Below are positions 48,340 to 59,316 of a DNA stretch of 64,000 bases, piece after piece. Numbering within the stretch: position 1 is the stretch's first letter; the number at the start of each line of letters is the position of its first letter. The position numbers and the translations under genes are program-made. The stretch lies in the NCBI RefSeq assembly GCF_000981445.1, contig NC_027216.1:1426001-1490000 (forward strand), read 5' to 3'. The stretch comes from Babesia bigemina (Eukaryota). The notes under the pieces are model-generated. The model saw only the letters and a program-made list of their open reading frames with translations. It had not been told where the DNA came from and searched no databases.

Positions 48340-48874
48340 CTAGGTGGCATCATTAAGGCTGAGTTCACGTAAACGGTCAGGGTCGCTCGTAAGCAGCTGC
48401 GCTGCCTCCGCGTCCAGCGGCTCGAACGACTGCGGCTCCACCAGCAGGTTCAGCAGGCCCAGCGCTGCGGTGCCGACGGTGTACATCGGCCGCCAGTCCT
48501 CGCGTATGATGTTCAGGCACACCGCTCCGGCACACTTGGGCGCGTTCGAACCCAGGATATTCGGGTGTTTGATCTGCAGCCCGGTCACGTCCTCCGCCGA
48601 CACACCTACCGCACTAAGACACCGTACGCGCAGCCGCTCGTGAGGGTAGCCTTCCGGCACAACGCATTCAAATCGGACGGGGATGTCACGCCAGATCCCC
48701 TCCGGCGCCCGCACAGTCAGCTCCAGCCGCGAGAGGTCGTTCAGGTCGAACGGCCGCAGCGTCACGTTGTCCGGCAGCTCGAGCGACGAAAGTTCTGCGC
48801 CACGGTCACACAATAATACAGCGATATTAACCCTGTTGCAGCCGCAGCAGCGACGGCGACAGCAGCCTAGACAT
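48340..48874 (-). CDS. UBC12: NEDD8-conjugating E2 enzyme UBC12-like
   Basis: Spliced MSRLLSPSLLRLQQ/ELSSLELP; YPHE; HPNI...GAVCLNIIREDWRP; LLVEP...EPLDAEAAQLL. Confidence 0.75.
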
Positions 48875-49858
48875 CTCGGGACAGCTTCTGTCGCAGCGAT
48901 TCCGCGCCCTGCGAAAGCTGCAAAATGCTGCCCGTGTTGCGCACGATGGCGCTGTGGATCTCCTTACGCTCGTCCTCGGTGAGCAGCTGTTTGTCCGCGC
49001 TGGAGTCCGATTCTTTCCCCCAGAAGTATGTGCGCGCCTCCGTCCGGATCGTCTGCATGGTGGCCTGGCACTCCTTGATCTTGCGCACCCAACTGTCCAC
49101 CGTGAACTCCGAGGCGGCCTGCGAGAGGCACGCCGAGTGCAGGTCCTCCGCTACGTTGTCGCGGACGCAAACGCCCAGGGATGTGGCCACCTCTGCGAAA
49201 ACGTGATTTCTGCGGACACAGCTCCGCACCCACCGTCGATCAGGGACGACACCCGGAGGTGCTTGAAGAAAATCAGCTGGTTCTGCTCGCGCAGGTTGCG
49301 TATCATCTTCTTCACGTGCTCCGAACTCTCGAGCAGCCGCTTGCAGTTGTCCTTCAGGTTGGCGAACGCCTTGTTGACGTTCTCCTGCTCAGCCAGACTC
49401 TGGCGCACCCGCCTCTCCAGGTCGTCGGTGCCGAATATCGGCACTATCGCCGTCACGTTAGGGTATGGGTTGAGCCGTTTCGCACGCTCGAAGCGTTCGT
49501 AGCACTCCTCCGCTTCCCGCGCGATGGTCTCCAGGTGGTTCAGGCGGTACTTCGAAAACGAGCCGTCGCCGCCCGCGCCGTACAGCCGGTACATCGCCAG
49601 CTGCTTGTGCGCGTCCAGCAGCATACGGTCCATGTCGCCCTCCAACACCCGGTTGAACTCCTGGGCCCGCTCGGGGCTCAACGAGTACGTGAAGCTGAGC
49701 AGGTCCAGGCTGCGCTTCTCCAGGAAGCGCACGCACTCATCCTTGCGAGTGGCTATCTGCTCCAGTGAGATGTCGCCTGCGTTGCGATGTTTCGGTGCGC
49801 TGCGAAAGCTACCCTGGTCGACGGAGTCGCGGCGGCCCGGATCGCTAGAATCCGCCAT
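48867..49858 (-). CDS. NUP54: Nucleoporin Nup54/Nup57-like, 2 exons
   Basis: FERAKRLNPYPNVTAIVPIFGTDDLERRVRQ matches the Nup54 core (W..A...NPDP...PV...GF.DL..R...Q), followed by coiled coils. Confidence 0.65.
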
Positions 49859-50549
49859 CGCTTGAACGCCGACGTGGACTTGCGATAAGCTAAATCATGA
49901 CCCGAAATTCCGGCAACCTCCCAGAATTTGTGCGGAGCGCGGGCAATGTGTTGCGGCGCCCGCGCGTCAAGCTTGCGCTGAGGCACGACGACGACGGCAC
50001 TACCAAATGATGACCGCGTCCGTTACGCTCGAAAACGCGCGAAGCATAGTAGGTCCATTAATGATTTAGATACAAGGCGCTAAGAATTGCAAAATCGCGA
50101 GGTGGAAGTTTAGCGGCGGTACCATCATCACGTTGTTGCCGTGCGATGGTAACCGCAACATATCGACACACCCGTATTCGGAGCGCGCAGACGATATCAG
50201 CTGCACATAAAGGCCGGTTCACGTATCTTTGTGTGCTGGTAGCATTTAACATTCGGTTCGTTACACTGTTGTAGATTGCAGCCGTCCTGTGCCGTCAGAC
50301 AGTGCCACTTCGCCTTAAGTCACGCCGATAGGGCGAAATGACGCTTAGACAGTGTATGTGACGTGAATTACGCTCCGCACATTGCAGCCGGCATTGCGGG
50401 AGGCGCCGCCGCGGCAGCTCAGCGCGCGTCTGCAGTCCACTTCCATTTCTTCGAGGCGCCCAAAAATGTAGCCGTTCGAAAGCGGACGCTAGAATTGAGG
50501 TGTATCCTCAACGTTTGCGCCGGAAGTAGAGCAGTCGCTAGGAAGGCCG

Positions 50550-52856
50550 ATGTATTTGATGGAGGCTGTCGCCCTGGTCACGGCAATATGTTCACTGCTC
50601 ACCACCAGGCCAGAGAAGGTCGAAGCGACGGCACCATGCAGACGTGCGGGGCATTTGGGAACCGCCTTCCTGTATCCAGGGGCGCCCAGGGCACCGCAGG
50701 GAGTCACTCTGGAGAGGCGCCTCCCTAACACCTGGAGCGCCAACCGTGGCAATCGCAACCAACCAGTACGTACACAGCTCGCGTATCGATATGATTGCAG
50801 CTATATGGCGTGCCCCGTATGTTCTACTGGCTGCTGGACAACTTCGGCGGGTTCAAGACGGCGCTGGAACGAGCGCTGGAGAGTACGTCTCGAACGCGTA
50901 GCCCACAAACTGCCCACAGAACAGCCGGTTGACCACTTATATATCGACATGAATGCGATCATACACGTTGCCACCCATGGCAACGTCTCCCCGCTGGTGC
51001 AGATGGAGAACGAGCAGCGGCTGCGGCGCATCACGTCGGCCATCGAGATGCTGTTCAACGTGGTGCAGCCGCGGAAGATGCTCTACATGGCCGTGGACGG
51101 GGTGTGCCCCACGGCCAAAATTAACCAGCAGCGCGGCAGGCGTTTCAGGACCTCGAAGAGCATCGACCAGCTGGTGAGCGTGGCGTCGCTAGATCCACAT
51201 GGCGTGCAGACGGAAATATGCAGCGCCGTCAGCAGCAAGGATGGAGAAAAATACGTCGCACAGCGGTTGCCGTTTGATGCCTACGACAACGTCACGTTCA
51301 ACCCCAACTACATATCGCCAGGAACCGACTTCATGCAGATCGTTGACAGCGAGGTTGCCAACTGGCTCGCGCTCAAGACCGTAGAGGGGCTGTTCGGCAA
51401 GTGCCTCGTGGTGTACAGCGGCGTGTCGGTGCCCGGAGAGGGCGAGCACAAGATATTCCAGTGCATACGCAAGATGAACAAGGCCAGCAGGCATGCGCGC
51501 AAGGAGACGCACCTGGTCTACGGCCTCGACGCCGACCTCATGATGCTCTCGATGGCGCTGAAGATCCCCAATATCAAGGTGCTCAGGGAGGAGGGCAAGT
51601 ACGCGCCACACGTCGTTGCGAAGAAAAAGGGCGAGCCCTTCTTCGCCACCGACACGGGCATAGTGCACCTGCACAAGTGGGACTTCATAGACCTCAAGCA
51701 GGCCAACTTCGAGGTCGTGTCGATCAGGACGCTCCGGAAGCGGATGTACGAACGGTGCCTGCGGCACCTGATAAAGAAGTTCCGCGCGTCGAACTTTGCC
51801 TTCCTCAACCGACCTGAGGCGCCGTACCGGATCACGGACGACTTCGTCCTCCTGTCGTTCCTAGCAGGTAACGCACACGCCGCGTGAGCGCCGCGACATC
51901 TGAAACGCAGGCAACGACTTCCTGCCGAGACTGCCCACGGTCGACTTCGCCAACGACAGCTTCTCCGAGATGATCGAGACGTACTACTCCCTGCTGCAGC
52001 GCTGGAAGGGCTTCCTCACCGACGGGCTGAAAATTCACGTGCCCCGGCTGCAGTCGCTCTTCAAGGCGCTGACGAAGAACGAGCAGCGCTGGTTCAAGGA
52101 GAAGGCGCTCATCGAGGAGGTGGAGCAATACAGCAACCCCAAGCTGTACGCCGACTACTACCACCGAGAAAAGTGCCAGGTCGACGGCAAGGCGGAGATA
52201 AGGCGAATGTGCGTCGATTACCTCAAGGTACGAGCAACTGAATGCGATACTCACTGTCTTTTAGGGGCTGTTTTGGATCCTGAGCTACTACCACCACGAC
52301 TGCCCGAGCTGGGATTGGTGAGCGGCTCACTCGCAATAGACGCGCAAACATTTTGCAGGAGCTACAGGTACCACTACTCTCCGCTGGTGTCAGACCTCGC
52401 TGACGTGACGAAGGTCGACGTCACGTTCAACAAGGGAGGGCCCATCACGCCGCTCGAGCACCTCCTCGCTATATCGCCGCCCAACGGGAACGAGCTGCTC
52501 CCGCCGTCGTACAGGTGAGTTCAGCGGCAAAAAGCGCACACGGCGCAGAAAACTCGCCAAAGAAGACGGCGAGCTGCGGCAGTACTTCCCCACGGAGTTC
52601 GACATCAACGAGGACGGCAGGACGAACGAGTGGGAGCATGTGGTCAAGCTGCCCTTCGTCAACACGCATAAGCTGGTGAAGGCCGCGCAAAAGGTCAACC
52701 CGGGGCTCAAGTACAGCTCGCTATACAAGTAAGTCGGTGATATAGGTGGCCATGCTGCGCAGGAACAAGAAGGGCCACATCTACGTCTACCAGCAGCCGA
52801 GGGAGCCCGACCCCCCAACCGCCGATGAGGCCGACTCGGGGAAAGCACGCACATGA
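50550..52856 (+). CDS. XRN-family 5'-3' exoribonuclease (catalytic core only) with N-terminal targeting leader, multi-exon
   Basis: Spliced GVPRMFYWL; DHLYIDMNAIIH; AVDGVCPTAKINQQRGRRF; ISPGTDFM; PGEGEHKI; YGLDADL; DDFVLLSFLA/GNDFLP; WEHVVKLPF. Confidence 0.9.
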
Positions 52857-52940
52857 CCCCCCGGCCGCCACTCAACATAACAGAGCAATGCAGCACACAT
52901 GAACTAGCTATTGTCTTACACCTGCGGCTGCTGCGCGGCG

Positions 52941-53308
52941 ATGTGCCGCGATAACAGCGTTGTGTACCGCGACCTCAGCGCCAAGCGCCTGAAGGTCAAG
53001 GACGGAATGCACTACGGAGCTGACCTGGTCATTTACGAGGGTACGTTGGCGCGTTACGCGGCGGAAGTGGTTCAGGCGACCCCCGGGAGTGCCACAGCTA
53101 CGCGCTCATCTACGTCAAACACGATGGCCAGGAGATTCCGGCGCAATCGGTCGTTAGATGGACACGCGTGGCCGCCGCCGCGAAAAAAAGGGTGCGTAAC
53201 GCGAAGCTGAAGCGATTCCACATAACTTCTCAGGCTATATTGGCTCTCGTCGACTGCGCCAGCGCAACCGTGAAGTACGCATCCATAGACAGGCTTAAAT
53301 TGGCGTAG
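52941..53308 (+). CDS. tRNA-splicing endonuclease catalytic subunit (SEN34/SEN2-like), minimal
   Basis: VYRDL...KDGMHYGADLVIYE/GDPRECHSYALI...RVAAAAKK. The Tyr-His-Lys catalytic triad is present. Confidence 0.8.
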
Positions 53309-53341
53309 CCTTCGGGTGTTTTGAACACATTATCAAAGTTG

Positions 53342-56300
53342 ATGTCCCTTAATGTCGTATCTCGCTGCGGGTGTGTACAGCCCAAAGCGGCTACTGACGG
53401 CAAACGCGCGACCGTGCCGCACCTGGACAGGTGCGGTATACACATATTCCTTCAAAATGGCACCTAACTCCAACACTCAACGATGACTCGTCGTCATTTA
53501 GAATGCACGTGTAGAAACCGGGGCTGCACATGGTATGTCCTAGCGGCTGGAGCGTCGAGTTCTCGCTCGAACGCGACGGAGCTTCCAGCTCTGAATATTC
53601 CGCGCTGAACTCGCCGAAAAAGTCGCTAAACACTGATGACGCTGCGATATCGGTCGTGCCGGGGTTGCATTGCGGCCCGGCTGGTCGGCAGACTCTGATC
53701 AAGTGGATTGAGGGTGAGCGGCCGATTTTAGCCCGTTAAGCACCGCAGACAACTACAAGTTGCGCAAGAAAACGCAGTACTCCAACCCTGGCGCGCTAGC
53801 ATGTCGTCTTTGGCAGGAATCACAGGGGTTTTCCGACCCGGTATGTCACCGACCGAACTGCATCCAAGCTTTCCCAGGTCGCCAAGGCCATCGTGGACCT
53901 CCTGAAGCTCAATGGCGTACCGGCCAACGTCACGTACAAGGAAGTGTTCGAGAAACACCTCTCCAAGCTGCTTTCCACCCTCATCAAGAAGTCGGCGGAC
54001 AACGAGGAGCGGTGGGTTAACCGATGAAGTTCCACCAAAACGAGCCAGACTCACTGCACTCGCGGAAAAGATGGTCGCAATGTTCCAGGTCACCGAAATA
54101 CAGCCCATGCTGTGCGACGTGCTGGACAAGCTCGACGACATACCGCAGTTCGCCAGGGCGAAGCTGCTGGCCAACACCTCGTCGGCGAATAATTTTTTCA
54201 AGGTGGGTTCGCGCGGCCGGAAAACCGCTCACACGCTTCTCAGATCGTCCCGATTGGCGTGAAGCGCAAACTGTTGGCGGCATCGCCTGCGAAGCTGTAC
54301 GCGACGGTCGCCCCCCTGATTGAGGATGCGCTGTTCCTGCTCGACCTGGGGGTAAGCTCGGCAAGCCCCGCACGCCATCATGCATGTGCGTAGATCAAGG
54401 AGGAAGATATGAAGGGGAATGTGCTCTACAAAGGGTTTCATGAGGAGTACAAGTCCATCATCGCAGAAATCGTGAATCTCATCGGCCCACCCAAGACGCA
54501 CACGTCCAGGGTCATCTATTTCCTCGTGCAGCAGACCATCAGGGTGATGTTCACCCGCAGCGTGCTGGCCACCAAGTCCGCTGCCACCAGGGCCGAGAAG
54601 AAGAAGGACATCGAATACGGCGTGTGGTTTGGCGACCAACCGTTCGACGCGTCCAACCTCAGCCGGGGACAGGCGCAAAACGATGACTCCTTCAACGCCT
54701 ACCGGCGGCACGCGGAGAACTCCATAGGGATCCTGTACAACCTGGAGGAGAACGCAGACGAAACTGTCAAGAGCGTGAGCGAGATGCGGTACTCCGGCAG
54801 CGGCTGCTGGAACCTGAGCGCGATCAGGCACTCCATCACGACCCTCTACCAGGAGACGTATCTCCTGCAGCCGGAGGAGATGCAGGCCATGGAGCCGTTC
54901 ATAAGCCTGACGCATATCATCACGTGCATCGGCGACAGCAACGTCTCGAAACTGCCCATGGAGATGCTGCAGAAACTTGCCAAGCCCAGCAAGGAGTCCA
55001 AGCCCCATCCGCTGAAGATCAGGGTAGGGTGTTTTCTATAACGTTCGACACCAAAATCAGGATGACATGGAACTGTTCGACGTGGCGTTCATGCTGAGCA
55101 ACCCCATTGTTGCCAGCGGGATCCTGTCGCACGTCTTGCACTACGTGGACAACACCAGCGCCGTGCTGCTGTCAGCGCAAACTGACATTCACGACTGGTT
55201 GTCGCTGCTGGCTTTAGGTACGACCAGGTGACCACGTGCTCACCGTGACACAGGCCTCTCCGCACACCACATCGCTGCGACCAAGTTCCTCATGGAGGTG
55301 GACCTGCAGCTGAGCGGTAGGAACGCCGACTCCGCGAGTCCAACGTTTGCAGGCGAAAGCTGCGTTTCCACGGCCCTGCTCAGAGCGGCGAAAAGTACCG
55401 GCAAGCCCGTTTCAGTCGCCAAGCTGATCTCTTACGTGTACCCCGTGGACAGGACGGTGCGCGTGTCGGAGGACGTGCCGCCCATTCTGTCAAACGTCAT
55501 GTCCGTGAAGAATGCGCAGCGTGATAGCGACCCTGCGAAAACTGCCGGCGCCGACGAGGACGAAATGGCTTTTCACGAACTGCTAGTTCTGTACCTGCCG
55601 AGGGTCAACATCGAGCGCCTCAGGGCCTTCATCGCAGACTGCGCGGCCTTCTGCCGGGCGACAGAAACGTACGCCGAAGAGGAAGCATATGCAAGAGGTA
55701 GTAGCACCCGCCGAACGCTTATGCTGTGCAGAGGCGACCATACGCATCCGCAGCATCCTGGAGTCGTTCGACGAGAGCGTCTGCGACCCCAAGGATCACC
55801 TGCAACGCGCGGCCGCAATTGTGGAGAAGCGTGCGGCATCCACGGAGCCGAACCGCAAGCCTTCGGTGCTGGAAAGGTTACACAGCAAGTTCAAGTTCAT
55901 CAACCGCACCGTGATGTGCATCCTGGCGACCACCGCCAACGTCACCAACCTCTTCATGAAAATGGTGAGTCGTCCAGGTGGCGTCCCATAGGTTGCAGAT
56001 GGCGGTGCGGATAATCGCAAGCTGCGTCCAGCAGAAGGTGTCGCGACCCGTGGTAAAGCCGGTGCTGTACGAGAAAATAAAGCGGTGAGTGCGCGGAGGG
56101 TGGCTGTGGTAACGTGGCCGCAGCATCAACCTGATTCGCCTAAGGGCGCCCACGGACTACATCTGGCTCTGCCTAATCAGAATAGGGTTCTGCGCGATGA
56201 ACCTGCTGGAGTTCGACTCGCTGACCGAATTTATCGCAAACGTCACCAACCAGGGTCAGCTGTGCGCGTTCCTGCCGCTGTACACCTTGGCCGCGAGGCG

Positions 56301-56638
56301 CGGGGAGTCCAAGGCGATACATCGGCACATCGACAGCATCCACAGGTACGCACCGCCAGAAGGATCACATGGCCGCTTCAGGGTGGGACAGCAGCTCTTC
56401 CGCGGCCAGGAGAACAGCCGAAAAATGGCGAGGTACACCTGCGCCTGTAAACAGATCGAGGAGATGTACAACACATAGACCCTGCAGCCGAACCCGTGCC
56501 GCCGGAAAGCGGCACTGGCCGGTATTGCTGTACTTGCGCTTAATTGTAGTATCGGTCTGACTGGCCTGTGTGACGGGGCGTCACCACCGCGGCGCGACAC
56601 ACCAGGAAGGCGGCCGCACGGCACGCCGTCCGGCACTA
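53342..56638 (+). CDS. Large multi-exon hypothetical protein (boundaries approximate)
   Basis: Series of plus-strand exons with strong GC3 codon bias (e.g. 54409-55041, 55292-55700, 56197-56345) separated by ~35-nt GT-AG introns. No family recognised. Confidence 0.5.
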
Positions 56639-56662
56639 GCTTTTCCGACTCTCGTGCTCTAG

Positions 56663-57207
56663 ATGGGTGCGTTGGATTTCGTAAATCGCATCACGGCTCT
56701 GTTCGGCGGCAGCAGCCAGAAAACGCCCGAGGAGTTCAAGGACCTCCCCAAATATGAGCGACTCGTGGAGGAGGAACGCAAGGCCAAGGAAGGTGGGTAG
56801 ACATCGGCCGAGTCGCATACCGCGCAGAAAACGTCGAGTACAATCTATCGGAAGCCGGCAACCGCGCCCTGCGCTTCGCCACTGCCTACGGCGAGTGCTA
56901 CGACCAATGTGCGGGTCTGGCGCTTAGAGAGGAGTTGAAAGCGGCGTCGCTGGACTCGCTGATACCCAGCAACGTAGTGCCAGTCGCGTCCAAGGACGCG
57001 CTCACCTTCAAGAAGAACCCAGGAGAGGCGGCCGTGTCTGAGCTCGTCGGCGAGATTCTCGGCGAAGACATGACCGAGCGGCCGAAGGCCACCGTGGAGC
57101 ACATTGTCAGGCAGCACCTCAACGACGACATCAGGCGCGCTGTCAGGGCGCACGAGCTCCAGTGCGAGGTGAAGTGCGCACAAAAGTTCATGGACATCTT
57201 GCGCTGA
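56663..57207 (+). CDS. Small conserved-looking hypothetical protein, 2 exons
   Basis: MGALDFVNRITALFGG...; one short intron near 56792-56827; continues in frame into the 56935-57207 ORF. Confidence 0.5.
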
Positions 57208-57373
57208 GCACCCTGCTCCCGTGCTGTGCCCGTTGCTGACCCAGAGCACGTGGTCAGGTGCGGCCGCAGCGCTGTTAGCAGCCAGTCCCGAGGCATACGG
57301 GCATCGCAAGGTGCTCTCCACGCGGGTAGCCACAACAACACACCGTAACAGGTTTTCCTTGCAATAAGTTAAC

Positions 57374-59251
57374 ATGAGGGTCCTTATTGTATACGCGACG
57401 GAAACGGGCTGTGCCGAGGCGCTAGCGTACTCCACGTACATCCAGTTGAAGTTGCGTAGGGTCGATGTGAGCGTGAAATCGGCCGCCGTTGCGACGCGCA
57501 GGCTCTTCATGGCGTTCGACCGCCTCGTATTCATGGTCTCAACGGCCGCCTACGGCGAGTTCCCGCACAGCATGCGGTTCATGGTGGACGAGTTGCAAGG
57601 TGGACGGCGCAAACTGCCAGTGGAGTACACCATATTCGGTTTGGGCGACTCCAGGTACCCGCTTTTCAACTACGCTGCGCGCAAGCTCGTCACCCTGCTC
57701 GAGATGGCAGGTGCCAACTGTTTCTACGGGGTGGGGTACGGCGACGACCAGCATCCGCTGGGCCACACTGGCGAGTTCATCCCCTGGATAGCTGGTTTGA
57801 CCGCGTTGTGGGGGCCTCTAGAGGCCTATGAAGAGATGCCGACGACGTTTCGCCTCAAGGTGGAGCAGCTTGAAGCGGGTACTGTCGAGGCTGAAATTCG
57901 CCTTAACACCGCTGTGGGAACGGTCATTTCAAACGATGTTATCACGGCAAATGATCACTTCCGGACTGTCCGGAACATTGTGATCCAGTGCTACGGGCAG
58001 AAGTACGGTCCCGGAGACGTTTGCTGCGTCTATCCTACTGGCAACCCTGACGAAGTGGTGGAAATGTTGCAAAAGCTAGGACAAGATCCTGAACAAGTGG
58101 TCAGTATACGGTCCGCAAACGACGATGGCTTAGAGTTCAATCGAGATTTGGAGGTACTCCACGTCTCCGACGAAGGTGGTGGAAGCCACGAGGGGAGCCG
58201 GTTGCCGTTCGAGGGCAAGGCCATTTCGCTGCGCACACTCTTCGTGGAATACCTCTCGTTGAAGAACGTGTGCACGCAATGGCAGATGTACTTCATGGCC
58301 AAACACGCGACCCTGGATATTTACCGGAACAAGCTAAGCGAAATGGCCTCATTCAGCATAGAGGCGTGTGCCGAGTACAACCGGTACTGCAAGGACGAGC
58401 GCAGGAGCCTGTTCGAGGTGCTCTGCGACTTCCATTTGACGAATTTGCCCGTGGAGGTGCTCGTGAACATCGCCACACCGTACTACCCGCGGATGTACTC
58501 CATTTCGTCCACACCGACGACGGTTGGGATAGCCAGATTGTGGCCTTCTCCGTGTGACGGCACGCTGATTGGGCCGCATTATAGCACCTTAAAGAGCTTT
58601 CTGGCGCAAAAATCGCGCGAAACCGGCCTCATCGAACTATGCGTGGCTGATGTGACCCACCACACCCCGTACAACCGCAAGGTGAAGGGACAGGCGTCGG
58701 ACTTCCTCGCGAATGCCCTGCCGTCACGCTTGCTGAGGCTCACCATTACAAAGTCACGCATCGCAGAGGCGGTGTTGGACGTCACGAAGCCTGTCCTGTT
58801 CATATGCACGGGCACGGGCCTCGCCGCCGTGAAGCCGCTGATGGAGGCAAGGGTGGAGCGGCTCGCAAATATATGGAACGAAGCGTTCACACTGCCGCAT
58901 GTGAGGGACATGGCGTTCATAGGGTTCAGGCGAAGGAGGCAGGACCACCTCTACCTAGCTAACGCCCAGCTGCTGAACCCCTGGTGCGAGGTGCACGTGG
59001 TTTACTCCAGAGAGGCCGGGCGCAAGATATACGTGCAGGATGAGATTGTGAAGTTTCCCAAAAGGGTGATCGAGATTGTGATGAACGGACTGGTCATTAT
59101 ATCGGGCCGCTCTCACCCGATGCCGAAGCAGGTGATGCAGCGTCTCAGGGACATGCTTGTGGAGCACGCCGGATTCGGAGTCCGCGCAGCCGAAAAGTTC
59201 ATGGAAGGCGCCCTCATGGGCGGGAAGATCATTATGGAAACCTGGGGTTGA
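57374..59251 (+). CDS. NDOR1: NADPH-dependent diflavin oxidoreductase (NDOR1/Tah18-like)
   Basis: Flavodoxin motifs YATETGCAE, STAAYGEFP and FGLGDSRYPLFN; FAD-binding RMYSISS; TGTG; SRE...KIYVQD; C-terminal ETWG; no membrane anchor. Confidence 0.85.
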   Translation: MRVLIVYATETGCAEALAYSTYIQLKLRRVDVSVKSAAVATRRLFMAFDRLVFMVSTAAYGEFPHSMRFMVDELQGGRRKLPVEYTIFGLGDSRYPLFNYAARKLVTLLEMAGANCFYGVGYGDDQHPLGHTGEFIPWIAGLTALWGPLEAYEEMPTTFRLKVEQLEAGTVEAEIRLNTAVGTVISNDVITANDHFRTVRNIVIQCYGQKYGPGDVCCVYPTGNPDEVVEMLQKLGQDPEQVVSIRSANDDGLEFNRDLEVLHVSDEGGGSHEGSRLPFEGKAISLRTLFVEYLSLKNVCTQWQMYFMAKHATLDIYRNKLSEMASFSIEACAEYNRYCKDERRSLFEVLCDFHLTNLPVEVLVNIATPYYPRMYSISSTPTTVGIARLWPSPCDGTLIGPHYSTLKSFLAQKSRETGLIELCVADVTHHTPYNRKVKGQASDFLANALPSRLLRLTITKSRIAEAVLDVTKPVLFICTGTGLAAVKPLMEARVERLANIWNEAFTLPHVRDMAFIGFRRRRQDHLYLANAQLLNPWCEVHVVYSREAGRKIYVQDEIVKFPKRVIEIVMNGLVIISGRSHPMPKQVMQRLRDMLVEHAGFGVRAAEKFMEGALMGGKIIMETWG

Positions 59252-59316
59252 CACGCCAACCGCCGTCACGAGACATGAACACAGTTAATTAGTTGCACTT
59301 TTAGCGCATGTTAGCG

